Source: an uncultured Oscillospiraceae bacterium
GTDB lineage: Bacteria; Bacillota; Clostridia; Christensenellales; CAG-138
Assembly: GCA_964437665.1 (NCBI GenBank)
Contig: CAYTHS010000003.1
Span: 205-64,204, forward strand
Direction: 5' to 3'
Length of the DNA stretch: 64,000 nucleotides
Position 1 is the first letter of the stretch. Every line of letters begins with the position of its first letter. The notes beneath the pieces are model-generated. The model was not told where the DNA came from and did not search any database. It saw only the letters and a list, made by a program, of their open reading frames with translations. The position numbers and the translations under genes were made by a program. This document shows positions 48,164 to 57,857 of the stretch, piece after piece.

Positions 48164-50113
48164 TTAGTCCTTCAGTTTTTCGTAAGTTTCGCTCTTGGGC
48201 TTGTTGAAATCCGCGTTTTCAAAGATGTATTCCTTGCGGGACTGCACCTTGTCGCCCATGAGCACGACGACGATGCGCTCCACGTCCGCCGCATCCTCGA
48301 TGGTCACGCGCACGAGCTTGCGCCCGTCCGGATTCATCGTGGTTTCCCAAAGCTGCTCGGGGTTCATCTCCCCGAGGCCCTTGTAGCGCTGGATGGTGTA
48401 GCCGCGACCGACGGCGCGGGTCGCCGCGCGCAGTTCGTCGTCGTCGTAGCAGTATATGCTTTTCGGACCCTTCTGCACCTTGTAGAGCGGGGAAAGGCCG
48501 ATGTATACGTGCCCTTCGGTGATGAGCTCCTTCATGTAGCGGTAAAAGAACGTAAGCAGGATTGCGCGGATATGCGCGCCGTCCTGGTCTGCGTCCGAAA
48601 GGATGATGATCTTGTCGTATTTGAGCGACGAAATATCGAAATCTTCGCCGATACCGGTGCCGACCGCGGTGATGATCGAGCGGAATTCTTCGTTTTGAAG
48701 CACCTGGTCGAGGCGCTTCTTTTCAACGTTGAGTGGCTTGCCGCGCAGCGGGAGGATCGCCTGAAAGCGCCGGTCGCGGCCCTGCTTGGCGCTGCCGCCC
48801 GCGCTGTCGCCTTCCACGATGAAGAGCTCGTTCCGGCTGTAATCGCGGCCTGTGCAGCTCGAGAGCTTGCCGACCAGCGGCGCGTTCTCCAGCTTGTTTT
48901 TTTCGCGCGCGGTGGCTTTCGCCTTACGCGCGGCAGCGCGCACCTTGGCGGAGTTGACTGCTTTCTCGGCGATGGCCGCGGCGGTCTCGCCGTTCTTCAA
49001 ATCCTCCAGAAACGGCACGAGCTTTTCGGTGACTACGGCCTCCACGGCGGGGCGCGCCTCGGTATTGCCGAGTTTGGTCTTGGTCTGTCCCTCGAACTGG
49101 ATGGTACGCATTTTCAGCGACAGCACGGCGGTGATGCCCTCGCGGAAATCTTCGCCGGAGAGCGGCGCGTCCTTATCCTTGAGGCAGCCGGACTTGCGGC
49201 AGTAGTCGTTGAGCACCTTCGTCAGCGCGGCCTTGAGTCCCGTTTCATGCGTGCCGCCTTCGGTGGTGGGAATATTGTTGACGTAGGAAAAGATGTTGTC
49301 GGCATAGCCGTCGTTATGCTGGATGGCGACCTCGACCATGATACCTCCGGAGGAACCGGAGAAGTGGATAGGGGTCGGGTAGAGCGGCGTTTTGTCGCCG
49401 TTGATGTAGCGCACAAAATCGCTCAGCCCGCCGTTGTAGCGGTATTCCGCCTTGCGTCCGGAGCGCTCGTCGCTCAGTGTCATCTTCGTGCCGCGGTTGA
49501 GGTACGCCAGCTCGCGCATCCGCTTTGAGATGACCTCGCTGCTCATTTCTATGGTCTCAAACACTCTGGCGTCCGGCAGAAACGAGATCGTCGTGCCCTG
49601 TTTGCGCGTCCGGCCAATTTCGGTCAGCGGCGTGACGGGTTTGCCGGAGATGATTTTTCCCGTTTCGTCCGCCTCGCTGACGAACTGCATTTCATAACGC
49701 CGCCCGTCCGTGCAGACCTCGACCTTGACCCACTCGGAGAGCGCGTTGACCACCGAAGCACCGACGCCGTGCAGCCCGCCGGAATACCCGTAGGAATCGT
49801 TGCCGAACTTACCGCCCGCGTGCAACTGCGTAAACACGACCTCCACGCCGGACACGCCGGCTTTTTCGTGGATCTGAACCGGAATGCCGCGGCCGTTGTC
49901 GACGACGGTGACGGAATTGTTTTTATGCAGCGTAACATTGACCTCGCTGGCGTAACCGTTGGCGGCCTCGTCGATGGCGTTGTCGATGATCTCCCAGAGC
50001 AGGTGGTGCAGACCGCGCTGGCCGGTCGAGCCGATGTACATGCCCGGACGCATGCGCACCGCGTCCAGACCCTCCATGATTTTAATTTTATCTACCGTAT
50101 AATCCGATGCCAT
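48164..50113 (-). CDS. parE: type IIA topoisomerase subunit B, ParE-like
   Basis: GHKL ATPase ([10 protein letters not shown]), Toprim (EGDSAGG) and PLRGK motifs. Adjacent to the ParC-like gene. Confidence 0.65.
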   Translation of the reverse strand: MASDYTVDKIKIMEGLDAVRMRPGMYIGSTGQRGLHHLLWEIIDNAIDEAANGYASEVNVTLHKNNSVTVVDNGRGIPVQIHEKAGVSGVEVVFTQLHAGGKFGNDSYGYSGGLHGVGASVVNALSEWVKVEVCTDGRRYEMQFVSEADETGKIISGKPVTPLTEIGRTRKQGTTISFLPDARVFETIEMSSEVISKRMRELAYLNRGTKMTLSDERSGRKAEYRYNGGLSDFVRYINGDKTPLYPTPIHFSGSSGGIMVEVAIQHNDGYADNIFSYVNNIPTTEGGTHETGLKAALTKVLNDYCRKSGCLKDKDAPLSGEDFREGITAVLSLKMRTIQFEGQTKTKLGNTEARPAVEAVVTEKLVPFLEDLKNGETAAAIAEKAVNSAKVRAAARKAKATAREKNKLENAPLVGKLSSCTGRDYSRNELFIVEGDSAGGSAKQGRDRRFQAILPLRGKPLNVEKKRLDQVLQNEEFRSIITAVGTGIGEDFDISSLKYDKIIILSDADQDGAHIRAILLTFFYRYMKELITEGHVYIGLSPLYKVQKGPKSIYCYDDDELRAATRAVGRGYTIQRYKGLGEMNPEQLWETTMNPDGRKLVRVTIEDAADVERIVVVLMGDKVQSRKEYIFENADFNKPKSETYEKLKD

Positions 50114-50381
50114 ATAGTTCTCCGTGTATTAAGCGCCGCAGAGGGCGCGTGATCATGCCGCCTGTCCGAGAAATGCGTTCAAACGCAAAAATTCCGGCCG
50201 AAGCCCCGACGGATGGAAATTGAGCGGGCTCGTCCGGCGTTCCGGGCGGCGGTTTATGCCATATCTTGCGATAATTATAAGACAGTATACCATAAATTGT
50301 GGACTTCTCAAACCGGTTTTGCCCGCGCAGAGGGGACGCGCGAAGGTAGAAATGCAGAAATTTGCAAAAAATTAAAAAAAA

Positions 50382-50433
50382 TGGTGCAAAAGTGTTTATT
50401 GGTGGTGACAAATGGGGCAGAGTGGTGTATACT
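50382..50433 (+). promoter_or_regulatory. mraZ promoter overlapped by phased TGGKG direct repeats (candidate MraZ operator)
   Basis: TGGTG at 50403, TGGGG at 50413 and TGGTG at 50423 (exact 10-bp phase), plus TGGTG at 50382. GTGACA-17-TATACT lies at 50405-50433. Confidence 0.5.
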
Positions 50434-50487
50434 TTCTTTAAACTATGGGGTTCCGTATTCCTATTTAAATGTCAGGAGGGTGCGCGC

Positions 50488-50934
50488 GTGCTGATCGGGT
50501 CGTTCGAGCATATGTTTGACGCAAAAGGACGCGTGTTTATACCCGCGAAGTGGAGGGAGAGCGTCGGCGAGACGCTCGTGCTTACGCTCGGCTTGCTGGA
50601 TTCGAAGATGGCGAAGTGCCTTTACGGCATGTCGATGCCGGAGTGGGAACGATTTTCAGAGAAGCTTTCCACCCTGCCGGTGAGCGACGCCAGCGGGCAG
50701 GCGGTCCGCCGCCGGCTGTATTCATTGGCTGCGGCGTGCGATTTGGACAAACAGGGCCGCATCCTGATCCCTGCCGGCCTGCGCGAACAGGCGGGGCTTG
50801 TCAAGGACGCGACGCTGATCGGCGTAAACGAACGCATCGAAATCTGGAACCCGGCGGCCTATTTGGAGTACACCGAAAAAAGCGAAGAAAATTACGGTGC
50901 GGAAATGGCGCATCTGGCGGAACTCGGCATATGA
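50488..50934 (+). CDS. mraZ: transcriptional regulator MraZ
   Basis: Two SpoVT/AbrB-like halves (DAKGRVFIPAKWR, DKQGRILIPAGLR). GTG start at 50488 after an AGGAGGG RBS. Confidence 0.9.
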   Translation: MLIGSFEHMFDAKGRVFIPAKWRESVGETLVLTLGLLDSKMAKCLYGMSMPEWERFSEKLSTLPVSDASGQAVRRRLYSLAAACDLDKQGRILIPAGLREQAGLVKDATLIGVNERIEIWNPAAYLEYTEKSEENYGAEMAHLAELGI

Positions 50935-51872
50935 GTACGGCGTTCCGACATATCCCCGTTTTGCTGGACGAAGCGCTCACGCTGCTCTATCCCGAGCGCG
51001 GGGGCGTGTTTGTAGACGGGACGCTCGGCGGCGGCGGTCACGCGGAGGCCGTTCTGCGGCGGCTGCCGGAATCCGGCCGGCTGATCGGCATCGACCGGGA
51101 CGAGGAAGCGCTCTGCGCGGCGAAGGAACGGCTCGGCGTATTCGGCGGGCGTTTCACCGCGCTGCACGGCAATTTTTTCAACATGAAGGAACTGCTTGCG
51201 GCCGAAGGCGTACACAAGGTTGCAGGCATCCTGCTCGACCTTGGCGTCTCGTCCTATCAGCTCGATACGCCCGGGAGGGGATTTTCCTATAAATATGACG
51301 CGCCGCTGGACATGCGCATGGACCAGGGCGCGCCGCTGTCGGCATACGACGTGATCAACACCTACACTGAGGAACAGCTCGCGCGGGTGATATGGGAATA
51401 CGGCGAGGAACGGTTTAGCCGCCGTATTGCGCGGCGCATCGTATGCGCGCGTGCGGAAAAGCCGGTCGAAACCACGCTGGAACTCGCCGGAATCGTGAAA
51501 GCCGCGATACCCGCGAAATTCCGCAACGAACCGCAGCATCCCGCGCGCCGGACGTTTCAGGCGGTGCGCATCGAGGTCAACGAGGAGCTCAAAGGCCTGG
51601 ATGGGGCGGTGGAGGAAGCCTGCGATCTGTTGCAAAAAGGCGGCAGACTGTGTATAATTACATTTCATTCATTGGAGGATCGAATTGTCAAGCAGGCGTT
51701 CCGCCGCTTTGAGAACCCCTGCACCTGTCCGCCTTCGGCACCGATCTGCATCTGCGGAAAGGAACCCAAGGCGAAGATCCTCACAAAGAAGCCGCTGACC
51801 TGCTCGGACCGCGAGGAAGCCGAAAATCCCCGCTCGTCCTGCGCAAAGATGCGGTGCATCCAGAGAATCTAG
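50931..51872 (+). CDS. rsmH: 16S rRNA (cytosine1402-N4)-methyltransferase
   Basis: HIPVLLDE, DGTLGGGGH and LDLGVSSYQLD motifs. ATG 50931 overlaps the mraZ stop. Confidence 0.92.
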   Translation: MSTAFRHIPVLLDEALTLLYPERGGVFVDGTLGGGGHAEAVLRRLPESGRLIGIDRDEEALCAAKERLGVFGGRFTALHGNFFNMKELLAAEGVHKVAGILLDLGVSSYQLDTPGRGFSYKYDAPLDMRMDQGAPLSAYDVINTYTEEQLARVIWEYGEERFSRRIARRIVCARAEKPVETTLELAGIVKAAIPAKFRNEPQHPARRTFQAVRIEVNEELKGLDGAVEEACDLLQKGGRLCIITFHSLEDRIVKQAFRRFENPCTCPPSAPICICGKEPKAKILTKKPLTCSDREEAENPRSSCAKMRCIQRI

Positions 51873-51949
51873 CGCGGCCAAGGCGTTTTTCGCTCCGCGC
51901 GGATACTTGCGCAGAGCATGGCGCGGCGCTAGAATAGAGGAGATTGTAA

Positions 51950-52540
51950 TTGGACATCCGTTTTGACGACGAACCGAAGAAAGGCCGTTCACCGACGACG
52001 AGGCTTCATCTGCCAAACCAGGCGGAGGAAGACGGCGATACGTCCCGGCCGGGGAAAAGCGGGCGGCGCGGCCGGACAGCCTCCGGCGGCGCGAAGGAAC
52101 CGCAGGTACGTGTTGAAAAGCCGGAACTCAATCCACTCGCGCGTATCGGGCTAATCCTCTGCGGGTTCATTTTTTCGGGCATGGTGCTCTTCACGCTTAC
52201 GGGTTACGAGCGCATTACCCGCGCGCATGCCGACATCAACTCGCTGAACACCGAGATTGAGACGACCAAGCTGCGCATCAACGAACTGGACGTGCAGATC
52301 GAATGCGCCGTGACGATTCAGGACGCGCAGGCGGTCGCCGAGGCATATGGCATGCAGTACCCCGAGCAGTCGCAGTACGTGAAAATCGGCGATGCGCTCC
52401 CGTTTTCCGGCAGTGCGCCGCTCACCGATACGCAAACCGACGGGGATACGCAGCCGGAGCAAGGCACAGGGGATACGCAGGACACGACACAAACACCCGG
52501 TACGGGGGATACGGGTGATTCGACGGACGGGGGGGGCTGA
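51950..52540 (+). CDS. ftsL: FtsL-like cell division protein with long basic N-terminus and GDTQ-repeat tail
   Basis: Single TM helix followed by a coiled coil (INSLNTEIETTKLRINELDVQIE), in the position between rsmH and pbp. TTG start after an AGAGGAG RBS. Confidence 0.65.
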   Translation: MDIRFDDEPKKGRSPTTRLHLPNQAEEDGDTSRPGKSGRRGRTASGGAKEPQVRVEKPELNPLARIGLILCGFIFSGMVLFTLTGYERITRAHADINSLNTEIETTKLRINELDVQIECAVTIQDAQAVAEAYGMQYPEQSQYVKIGDALPFSGSAPLTDTQTDGDTQPEQGTGDTQDTTQTPGTGDTGDSTDGGG

Positions 52541-52582
52541 CCGTCCCAGGACGGCTGATCCTTATGAAAGGACGACCCTGAA

Positions 52583-54784
52583 ATGGCAAAAAAGGCAGCG
52601 CCCGCTCCCAAAATCAAACGCAAGCTTGTACTTCTTATGGTATTTGCCGGCATCCTCGTGTTCGTTTTGACACTGCGCCTCGCGCAGGTGATGCTGGTTC
52701 TGGGACCGGACTATCAGGCAAAGGCGCAGACGCAGTGGACCCGGCGGCAGAACCTGACCGCGCAGCGCGGCAGGCTGGTCGACCGCAACGGGCTGGTGCT
52801 CGCCCAGAGCGGTACGGCATACCGTGTTTTGGCGAACCCAGAGGAAATTGCGGAGGATGACCGCGTCCGCATCGCGACGGAAGTTTCCGACATTCTCGAG
52901 CTGAATTACGATTACGTGCTTGAGAAAATTTCTCCGAGTACGGACCCGGAAAAGAAAAAGCTGCAGGTGCAGCTTAAGCGTCAGGTGGAAAGCTCCGTGG
53001 TCGATCAATTGGAGGCGCTTCAACTCGGCAACGGCATCAGCTTTACGACCGACATGAAGCGCTATTACCCGTTTGGCCAGCTTTTTACGCAGTTGCTTGG
53101 CTTCACCGGTATCGACAGCGAAGGGCAGACCGGGCTTGAGGCGGAGTACGACAGTTATCTTGCCGGCGAAGACGGACTGCTGGTCACCGAGGTCGACCGG
53201 AAGAACCAGCCGCTTTCTTACGGCACGGAAAACTATTTTGCGCCGACGGACGGTTATGACATTACGATTACGTGCGATTCGGTCACCCAGACCTATCTGG
53301 AAAAATACGTCGAACAGTGTTATGAGCTCAACCGTGCCACGAGCGTGAGCGGAATCGTTATGGACCCGAAGACGGGCCAGATTCTGGCGATCACCACATA
53401 CCCTTCCTTCAATCTGAACGAACCCCCGCGAGATCAGGTTACGGAACTGATGGACATGTCCCGCGTGCGGATTGTTACGGACACCTACGAAGCCGGGACG
53501 GCGTTCGATTTTATTACGGTTGCCGCGGCGCTGGACAGCGGGAATACTTCCCTTGAAGAATCCTACGACTGCAGCGGGTCGCGCATCTTCCGTCTTGAAA
53601 AGGTCGTCGGGTGGGACACGGAGGACCACGGAACGCTTTCGCTGACAAAAGCGTTCGGCATCTCCAACAGTACGGCGATGATGGACATCGCGGCCGGCAT
53701 GGGCGTGGATACGTTTTACGATTACATCTATGCGTTCGGCTTCGGCGAATCCACCGAGTGCGGCATTCCCAGCGAAGATACCGGCGAAGTCGTACACCGC
53801 AAGTACATCCGTGCGAGCGATCTTGCCCGCCTCTCCTTTGGCGAAACGATTACCACGACCGGCATCGGCATGGTGAACGCCTTTTGTGCGGCGATCAACG
53901 GAGGCGTGCTCATGCAGCCGTATGTGATCGATCAAGTCACCGATACGGACGGCAACTTGGTGCTGCAGAACGAGCCGACCATCCTGCGGCGCGTGATTAA
54001 TTCTTCTACGAGCGCGACGCTGCGCACGCTGATGCAGTCCAACGTGGAGAGCGGCAATGCGAGCAACGCCCAGGTACTCAACTACACTATGGGCGGCGTA
54101 ACGGGCGTTTCCCGCAAGTTTGAAGAGGATGGCGAAACGGCGTCCAACGTGCGTGTGGTTTCGACATTCATCGGGTTTCTGCCGGCGGACGATCCGGAAC
54201 TGGTGTGCATGCTCCTTATCGACGAGCCTGCCGTGCCTGTGATGGAAGCGGGCAGCATCGCGGCGCCGTGGGTCAAGGCGATCTTTACGGACCTGGTGCA
54301 GTATTACGGCATCCTGCCGGACACCACGACGGCGACCGCCACTGTGCCTGACGTGACCGGCGAAACCGGACAGGACGCGGTGTATCATCTTGAGCAGGCG
54401 GGATTTGCCACCAACCTCATCGACGACGAGGAAGCGGCGGTTGTGATTTCACAGTACCCTGCCGCGGGCGAAACGGTTTCCAAGGGCTCTATTGTGATTG
54501 TCTACACGACCATGACGACATTTAACGCCCAGGGCGTGTACAAAGAGCAGGTGCGAGTTCCGAACCTGCTGGAAAAACGCAGGCAGGATGCGTTCGACAG
54601 GCTGGCGGAACTGGGGCTGGTTCTTGCGTTCGATAAGACGCAGTGCACCGGGCAGATCATCTCGCAGTCCATCGAGCCGGACACGCTGGTGGACCCCGGC
54701 ACGACGATTTACGTGGAGTTCCCGACGCCGACGCCGAGCCCGACGCCGGATCCCGCGCAGGCGACTCCGGAGCCGGAAGAGTAA
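52583..54784 (+). CDS. class B penicillin-binding protein (PBP2B/SpoVD/FtsI type) with two PASTA domains
   Basis: N-terminal TM anchor plus PBP dimerisation and transpeptidase regions. Two C-terminal PASTA-like repeats (VPDVTGETGQDAV.., VPNLLEKRRQDAF..) and a Pro/Thr-rich tail. Confidence 0.88.
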   Translation: MAKKAAPAPKIKRKLVLLMVFAGILVFVLTLRLAQVMLVLGPDYQAKAQTQWTRRQNLTAQRGRLVDRNGLVLAQSGTAYRVLANPEEIAEDDRVRIATEVSDILELNYDYVLEKISPSTDPEKKKLQVQLKRQVESSVVDQLEALQLGNGISFTTDMKRYYPFGQLFTQLLGFTGIDSEGQTGLEAEYDSYLAGEDGLLVTEVDRKNQPLSYGTENYFAPTDGYDITITCDSVTQTYLEKYVEQCYELNRATSVSGIVMDPKTGQILAITTYPSFNLNEPPRDQVTELMDMSRVRIVTDTYEAGTAFDFITVAAALDSGNTSLEESYDCSGSRIFRLEKVVGWDTEDHGTLSLTKAFGISNSTAMMDIAAGMGVDTFYDYIYAFGFGESTECGIPSEDTGEVVHRKYIRASDLARLSFGETITTTGIGMVNAFCAAINGGVLMQPYVIDQVTDTDGNLVLQNEPTILRRVINSSTSATLRTLMQSNVESGNASNAQVLNYTMGGVTGVSRKFEEDGETASNVRVVSTFIGFLPADDPELVCMLLIDEPAVPVMEAGSIAAPWVKAIFTDLVQYYGILPDTTTATATVPDVTGETGQDAVYHLEQAGFATNLIDDEEAAVVISQYPAAGETVSKGSIVIVYTTMTTFNAQGVYKEQVRVPNLLEKRRQDAFDRLAELGLVLAFDKTQCTGQIISQSIEPDTLVDPGTTIYVEFPTPTPSPTPDPAQATPEPEE

Positions 54785-54865
54785 AGAAATTTTCCCGACG
54801 CGCAGGCGGAACGGGAAACGGACCAAAACGGCGATTGTGCCGCAAACCAACGGGAGGAATCAAAC

Positions 54866-56299
54866 ATGCTGCTTTCGGAACTTGCAATGGCGACCGGGCT
54901 GCGCTACGAAGGCGAAGACCGGGATATCGTATCCATCGAATACGATTCGCGGAAAGTGAAACAGGGGAGTATGTTTTGCTGCATCGTCGGCGCGATGTTC
55001 GACGGGCATACGTTTGCAAAAGGCGCCGTGGAAAGCGGCGCGACCGCGCTTTTAGTCGAACGCGAGCTGCCGGTGCCAGTGCCGCAAATCGTGGTGAAAA
55101 ACGCGCGAAAAGCCATGGCGGAAATGGCGGCGGCGTTTTATGGATATCCCCAGCGTGAAATGATGGTGCTTGGCGTGACCGGCACCAACGGCAAGACCAC
55201 GACCACCTATATGGTCAAGGCCATTGCCGAGCAGGCGGGCAGAAAGGTCGGTGTGATCGGCACCATCCGCAACATGATCGGTTCGGAGAGCATCCACACC
55301 GAGCGCACTACGCCGGAGTCGGTCGATCTCTTCCGGCTGCTGCGGAGGATGGCGGACGCGCATGTGGACCTCGTGGTCATGGAGACCAGTTCTCACGCGC
55401 TTGCGCAATACCGCGTGCACGGCATCAAATTTGACGTGGGTTTGTTCACAAACCTGACGCAGGACCATCTGGACTATCATAAATCGTTCGACGAATATCT
55501 GCAGGCGAAAAAAACTCTGTTCCTCAACAGCAAGAAGGCGGTCGTCAATGTGGACGATCCATATTCGAGCCGCATTATGGAGGGGCTTTCCATTCCGATT
55601 CTCACATTCGGCGTGCGCGACCGCGCGGACATTTCCGCGACGGATATCGACATCACCGCAGGCGGCGTGCAGTTCGACATGCATACGCCGGAAGGCGACG
55701 TGCTGATGCACCTTGCGATACCGGGGCTTTTTTCGGTGTTCAACGCTATGGGCGCCGTCGGCATTACACAGTCCGTCGGGATTCCGCTCGGCGCGATCAA
55801 GGCGGGACTGGAGTCTCTGCGCAGCGTTTCCGGCAGGCTGGAGTCCGTTCCGACGGGAAAGGGCTTTTCGGTGTTTGTTGACTATGCGCACACGCCGGAC
55901 GCGCTGGAAAACGTGCTCAAGACTGCGCGGCAGTTCGCAAAAGGGCGCGTCGTTTGCGTGTTTGGCTGCGGCGGTGATCGCGACCGCGCGAAGCGGTCCA
56001 TCATGGGAGAAATTGCGGGCAGGTTCTCCGAATTTGCAGTGATTACCAGCGATAACCCGCGCACAGAAGCGCCTATGACGATCATCGACTCCATCGAGGA
56101 GGGGATGAAGCGCAGCGGTACGAAGTATACGATCATCGAAAACCGCAAGGAAGCTATCCGCTATGTGCTGATGACTGCAAAGAAGGACGACGTGATCATG
56201 ATCGCCGGGAAAGGCCACGAAAACTACCAGGAGATCAACGGCACCAAGTATCATTTTGACGACAAAGAGATTGTCGTCGAAATACTCAGGGAGATGTAG
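54866..56299 (+). CDS. murE: UDP-MurNAc-L-Ala-D-Glu:meso-diaminopimelate ligase
   Basis: GVTGTNGKTTT P-loop. The DNPR motif (SDNPRTE) is typical of meso-DAP-adding MurE. Confidence 0.92.
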   Translation: MLLSELAMATGLRYEGEDRDIVSIEYDSRKVKQGSMFCCIVGAMFDGHTFAKGAVESGATALLVERELPVPVPQIVVKNARKAMAEMAAAFYGYPQREMMVLGVTGTNGKTTTTYMVKAIAEQAGRKVGVIGTIRNMIGSESIHTERTTPESVDLFRLLRRMADAHVDLVVMETSSHALAQYRVHGIKFDVGLFTNLTQDHLDYHKSFDEYLQAKKTLFLNSKKAVVNVDDPYSSRIMEGLSIPILTFGVRDRADISATDIDITAGGVQFDMHTPEGDVLMHLAIPGLFSVFNAMGAVGITQSVGIPLGAIKAGLESLRSVSGRLESVPTGKGFSVFVDYAHTPDALENVLKTARQFAKGRVVCVFGCGGDRDRAKRSIMGEIAGRFSEFAVITSDNPRTEAPMTIIDSIEEGMKRSGTKYTIIENRKEAIRYVLMTAKKDDVIMIAGKGHENYQEINGTKYHFDDKEIVVEILREM

Positions 56300-56313
56300 G
56301 GCGGACCTTTTGA

Positions 56314-56365
56314 TCGCACCTGCGTTCCGCGGGGAGTTCCCGTCGGGGCAAGGGTGCGGTTTTTC
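56314..56365 (+). terminator. putative terminator after murE
   Basis: CGCACC...GGTGCG stem enclosing a CGGGGA-GT-TCCCG hairpin, followed by GTTTTT. Confidence 0.45.
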
Positions 56366-56493
56366 GTGCACTGCGAGATTGTGCGCAGCATGGTAAATAG
56401 AGTATAATAGCAGCGTTAAAGTTTCTTTAACAAAGCGGGCGCTCATTGTTCCCCGGCGGAGGACAAAGAGCACGAAAAAAACCCGTATGGGAG

Positions 56494-56655
56494 TAGGGTG
56501 CGTTTCAAAAATCACAAAAGCGCATTTTCGCCGCCTCGGCATGCATATTTTTGTTGAAAAGCCTCGCCGCAGCACCACTGCGCCTGCGTTTATCGCCTCA
56601 ATCTGCAAGCCGATCCAGCAAAACTGCATCTTCTAGACTTTAGAAACACACCCTA
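56494..56655 (+). mobile_element. MITE copy 4 (162 bp) between murE and mraY
   Basis: Full-length alignment with the other copies. TAGGGTGCGTTTC.. / ..GAAACACACCCTA ends. Confidence 0.85.
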
Positions 56656-56751
56656 GGGCGCGCCTGCGGACGCGGCGCGGTCGAATGGTCCGGGTGAAAG
56701 GCTCCGCCTTTAGACCCGAAAGATTATTGAACAGGTTGGTATTGTATCGTT

Positions 56752-57756
56752 ATGTTTCGAGTTTTTCTAACTGCACTGAGCGCGTTTGTAATTGTATGGG
56801 CGCTCGGCCCGCTGTTTATCCCAATGCTCAAACGGTTCAAATTCGGGCAGATCGAGCGCGAACTTGGGCCGGAGTCGCATAAAAAGAAGCAGGGCACGCC
56901 GACAATGGGTGGGATCATGACGCTGCTGGCGGTGACGATTGCTTCGCTGATCTTCGGGCTGGAGGGCATGGAGTTCGTAATGCCAGCGCTGCTGGTGACG
57001 GTCGCATTCGGCGTCGTCGGGTTTTTGGACGATTTTTTGAAGATCCGCAGAAAGCAGAATCTGGGGCTTCGCGCCTACCAGAAGATCATTGCGCAGCTTC
57101 TGATCGCGGTACTGGTGGCGGTTTGGGCGTATCGTTCGCCGCTGCTGGGGCCGACGCTGTATCTGCCGGTCTCCGGCGGAGAGTGGAACATCGGCGGCTG
57201 GTACATCCCGCTCGTGATCTTCGTCATTGTGGCGGAAGTTAACGCTGTGAACCTCACCGACGGGCTGGACGGGCTGGCCACCAGCACGACGATGGTCTAT
57301 GCGCTGTTCATGGCCGGCATCTTTGCCGTGATGGCGACGTCCGCCAATCAGGAAGGCGAAATGCTGCTCGGCTCCAACTACATCGGCATGACGGTATTTT
57401 CCGCGGCGATCGTCGGGGCTTCGGTCGGTTTTTTGATCTACAACACGTATCCCGCGCGTGTGTTCATGGGGGACACCGGTTCCCTCGCGCTCGGCGGGGC
57501 GGTTTCGATGCTTGCGATTCTGAGCCGGTCGTTCCTGATTCTGCCGATCATGGGCTTCTGTTTTCTCGCAAGCGCGCTTTCGGTGGTACTGCAGGTGGCG
57601 AGCAACAAGCTCAACCACGGCAAGCGGATGTTCAAGATGGCGCCGATCCACCATCACTTCGAGCTTAAAGGCGTGCCCGAACCGCGCATCGTCGTGATGT
57701 ATACGCTCGTAACGGCGGTTCTCTGTGCGATTTGCTTCCTGCCGTACCTGCGCTGA
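56752..57756 (+). CDS. mraY: phospho-N-acetylmuramoyl-pentapeptide transferase
   Basis: 10-TM protein with NAVNLTDGLDGLA and MGDTGSLALGG motifs. Confidence 0.93.
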   Translation: MFRVFLTALSAFVIVWALGPLFIPMLKRFKFGQIERELGPESHKKKQGTPTMGGIMTLLAVTIASLIFGLEGMEFVMPALLVTVAFGVVGFLDDFLKIRRKQNLGLRAYQKIIAQLLIAVLVAVWAYRSPLLGPTLYLPVSGGEWNIGGWYIPLVIFVIVAEVNAVNLTDGLDGLATSTTMVYALFMAGIFAVMATSANQEGEMLLGSNYIGMTVFSAAIVGASVGFLIYNTYPARVFMGDTGSLALGGAVSMLAILSRSFLILPIMGFCFLASALSVVLQVASNKLNHGKRMFKMAPIHHHFELKGVPEPRIVVMYTLVTAVLCAICFLPYLR

Positions 57757-57857
57757 CGGATATTGGTTTGGCCGGAGAGCCGGTCTTTTGACGGATATTT
57801 TTATAAATTGCGCCCGAAGAACGCTTCGGGCCTTATTTAAAGGGGTGCGATACAACT

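Noticed and set aside
45715-50113. Naming the topoisomerase genes gyrA/gyrB
   Set aside because: Sequence signatures (PVQRR, GDSSVY, no N-terminal CTD GyrA-box) and genomic context favour ParC/ParE. The call is retained with only moderate confidence.
52430-52540. GDTQ-type repeats and a G8 run at the very 3' end of ftsL as a possible phase-variable switch
   Set aside because: Slippage would alter only the last few residues of a disordered tail. The low-complexity acidic tail is most simply lineage-specific linker sequence.
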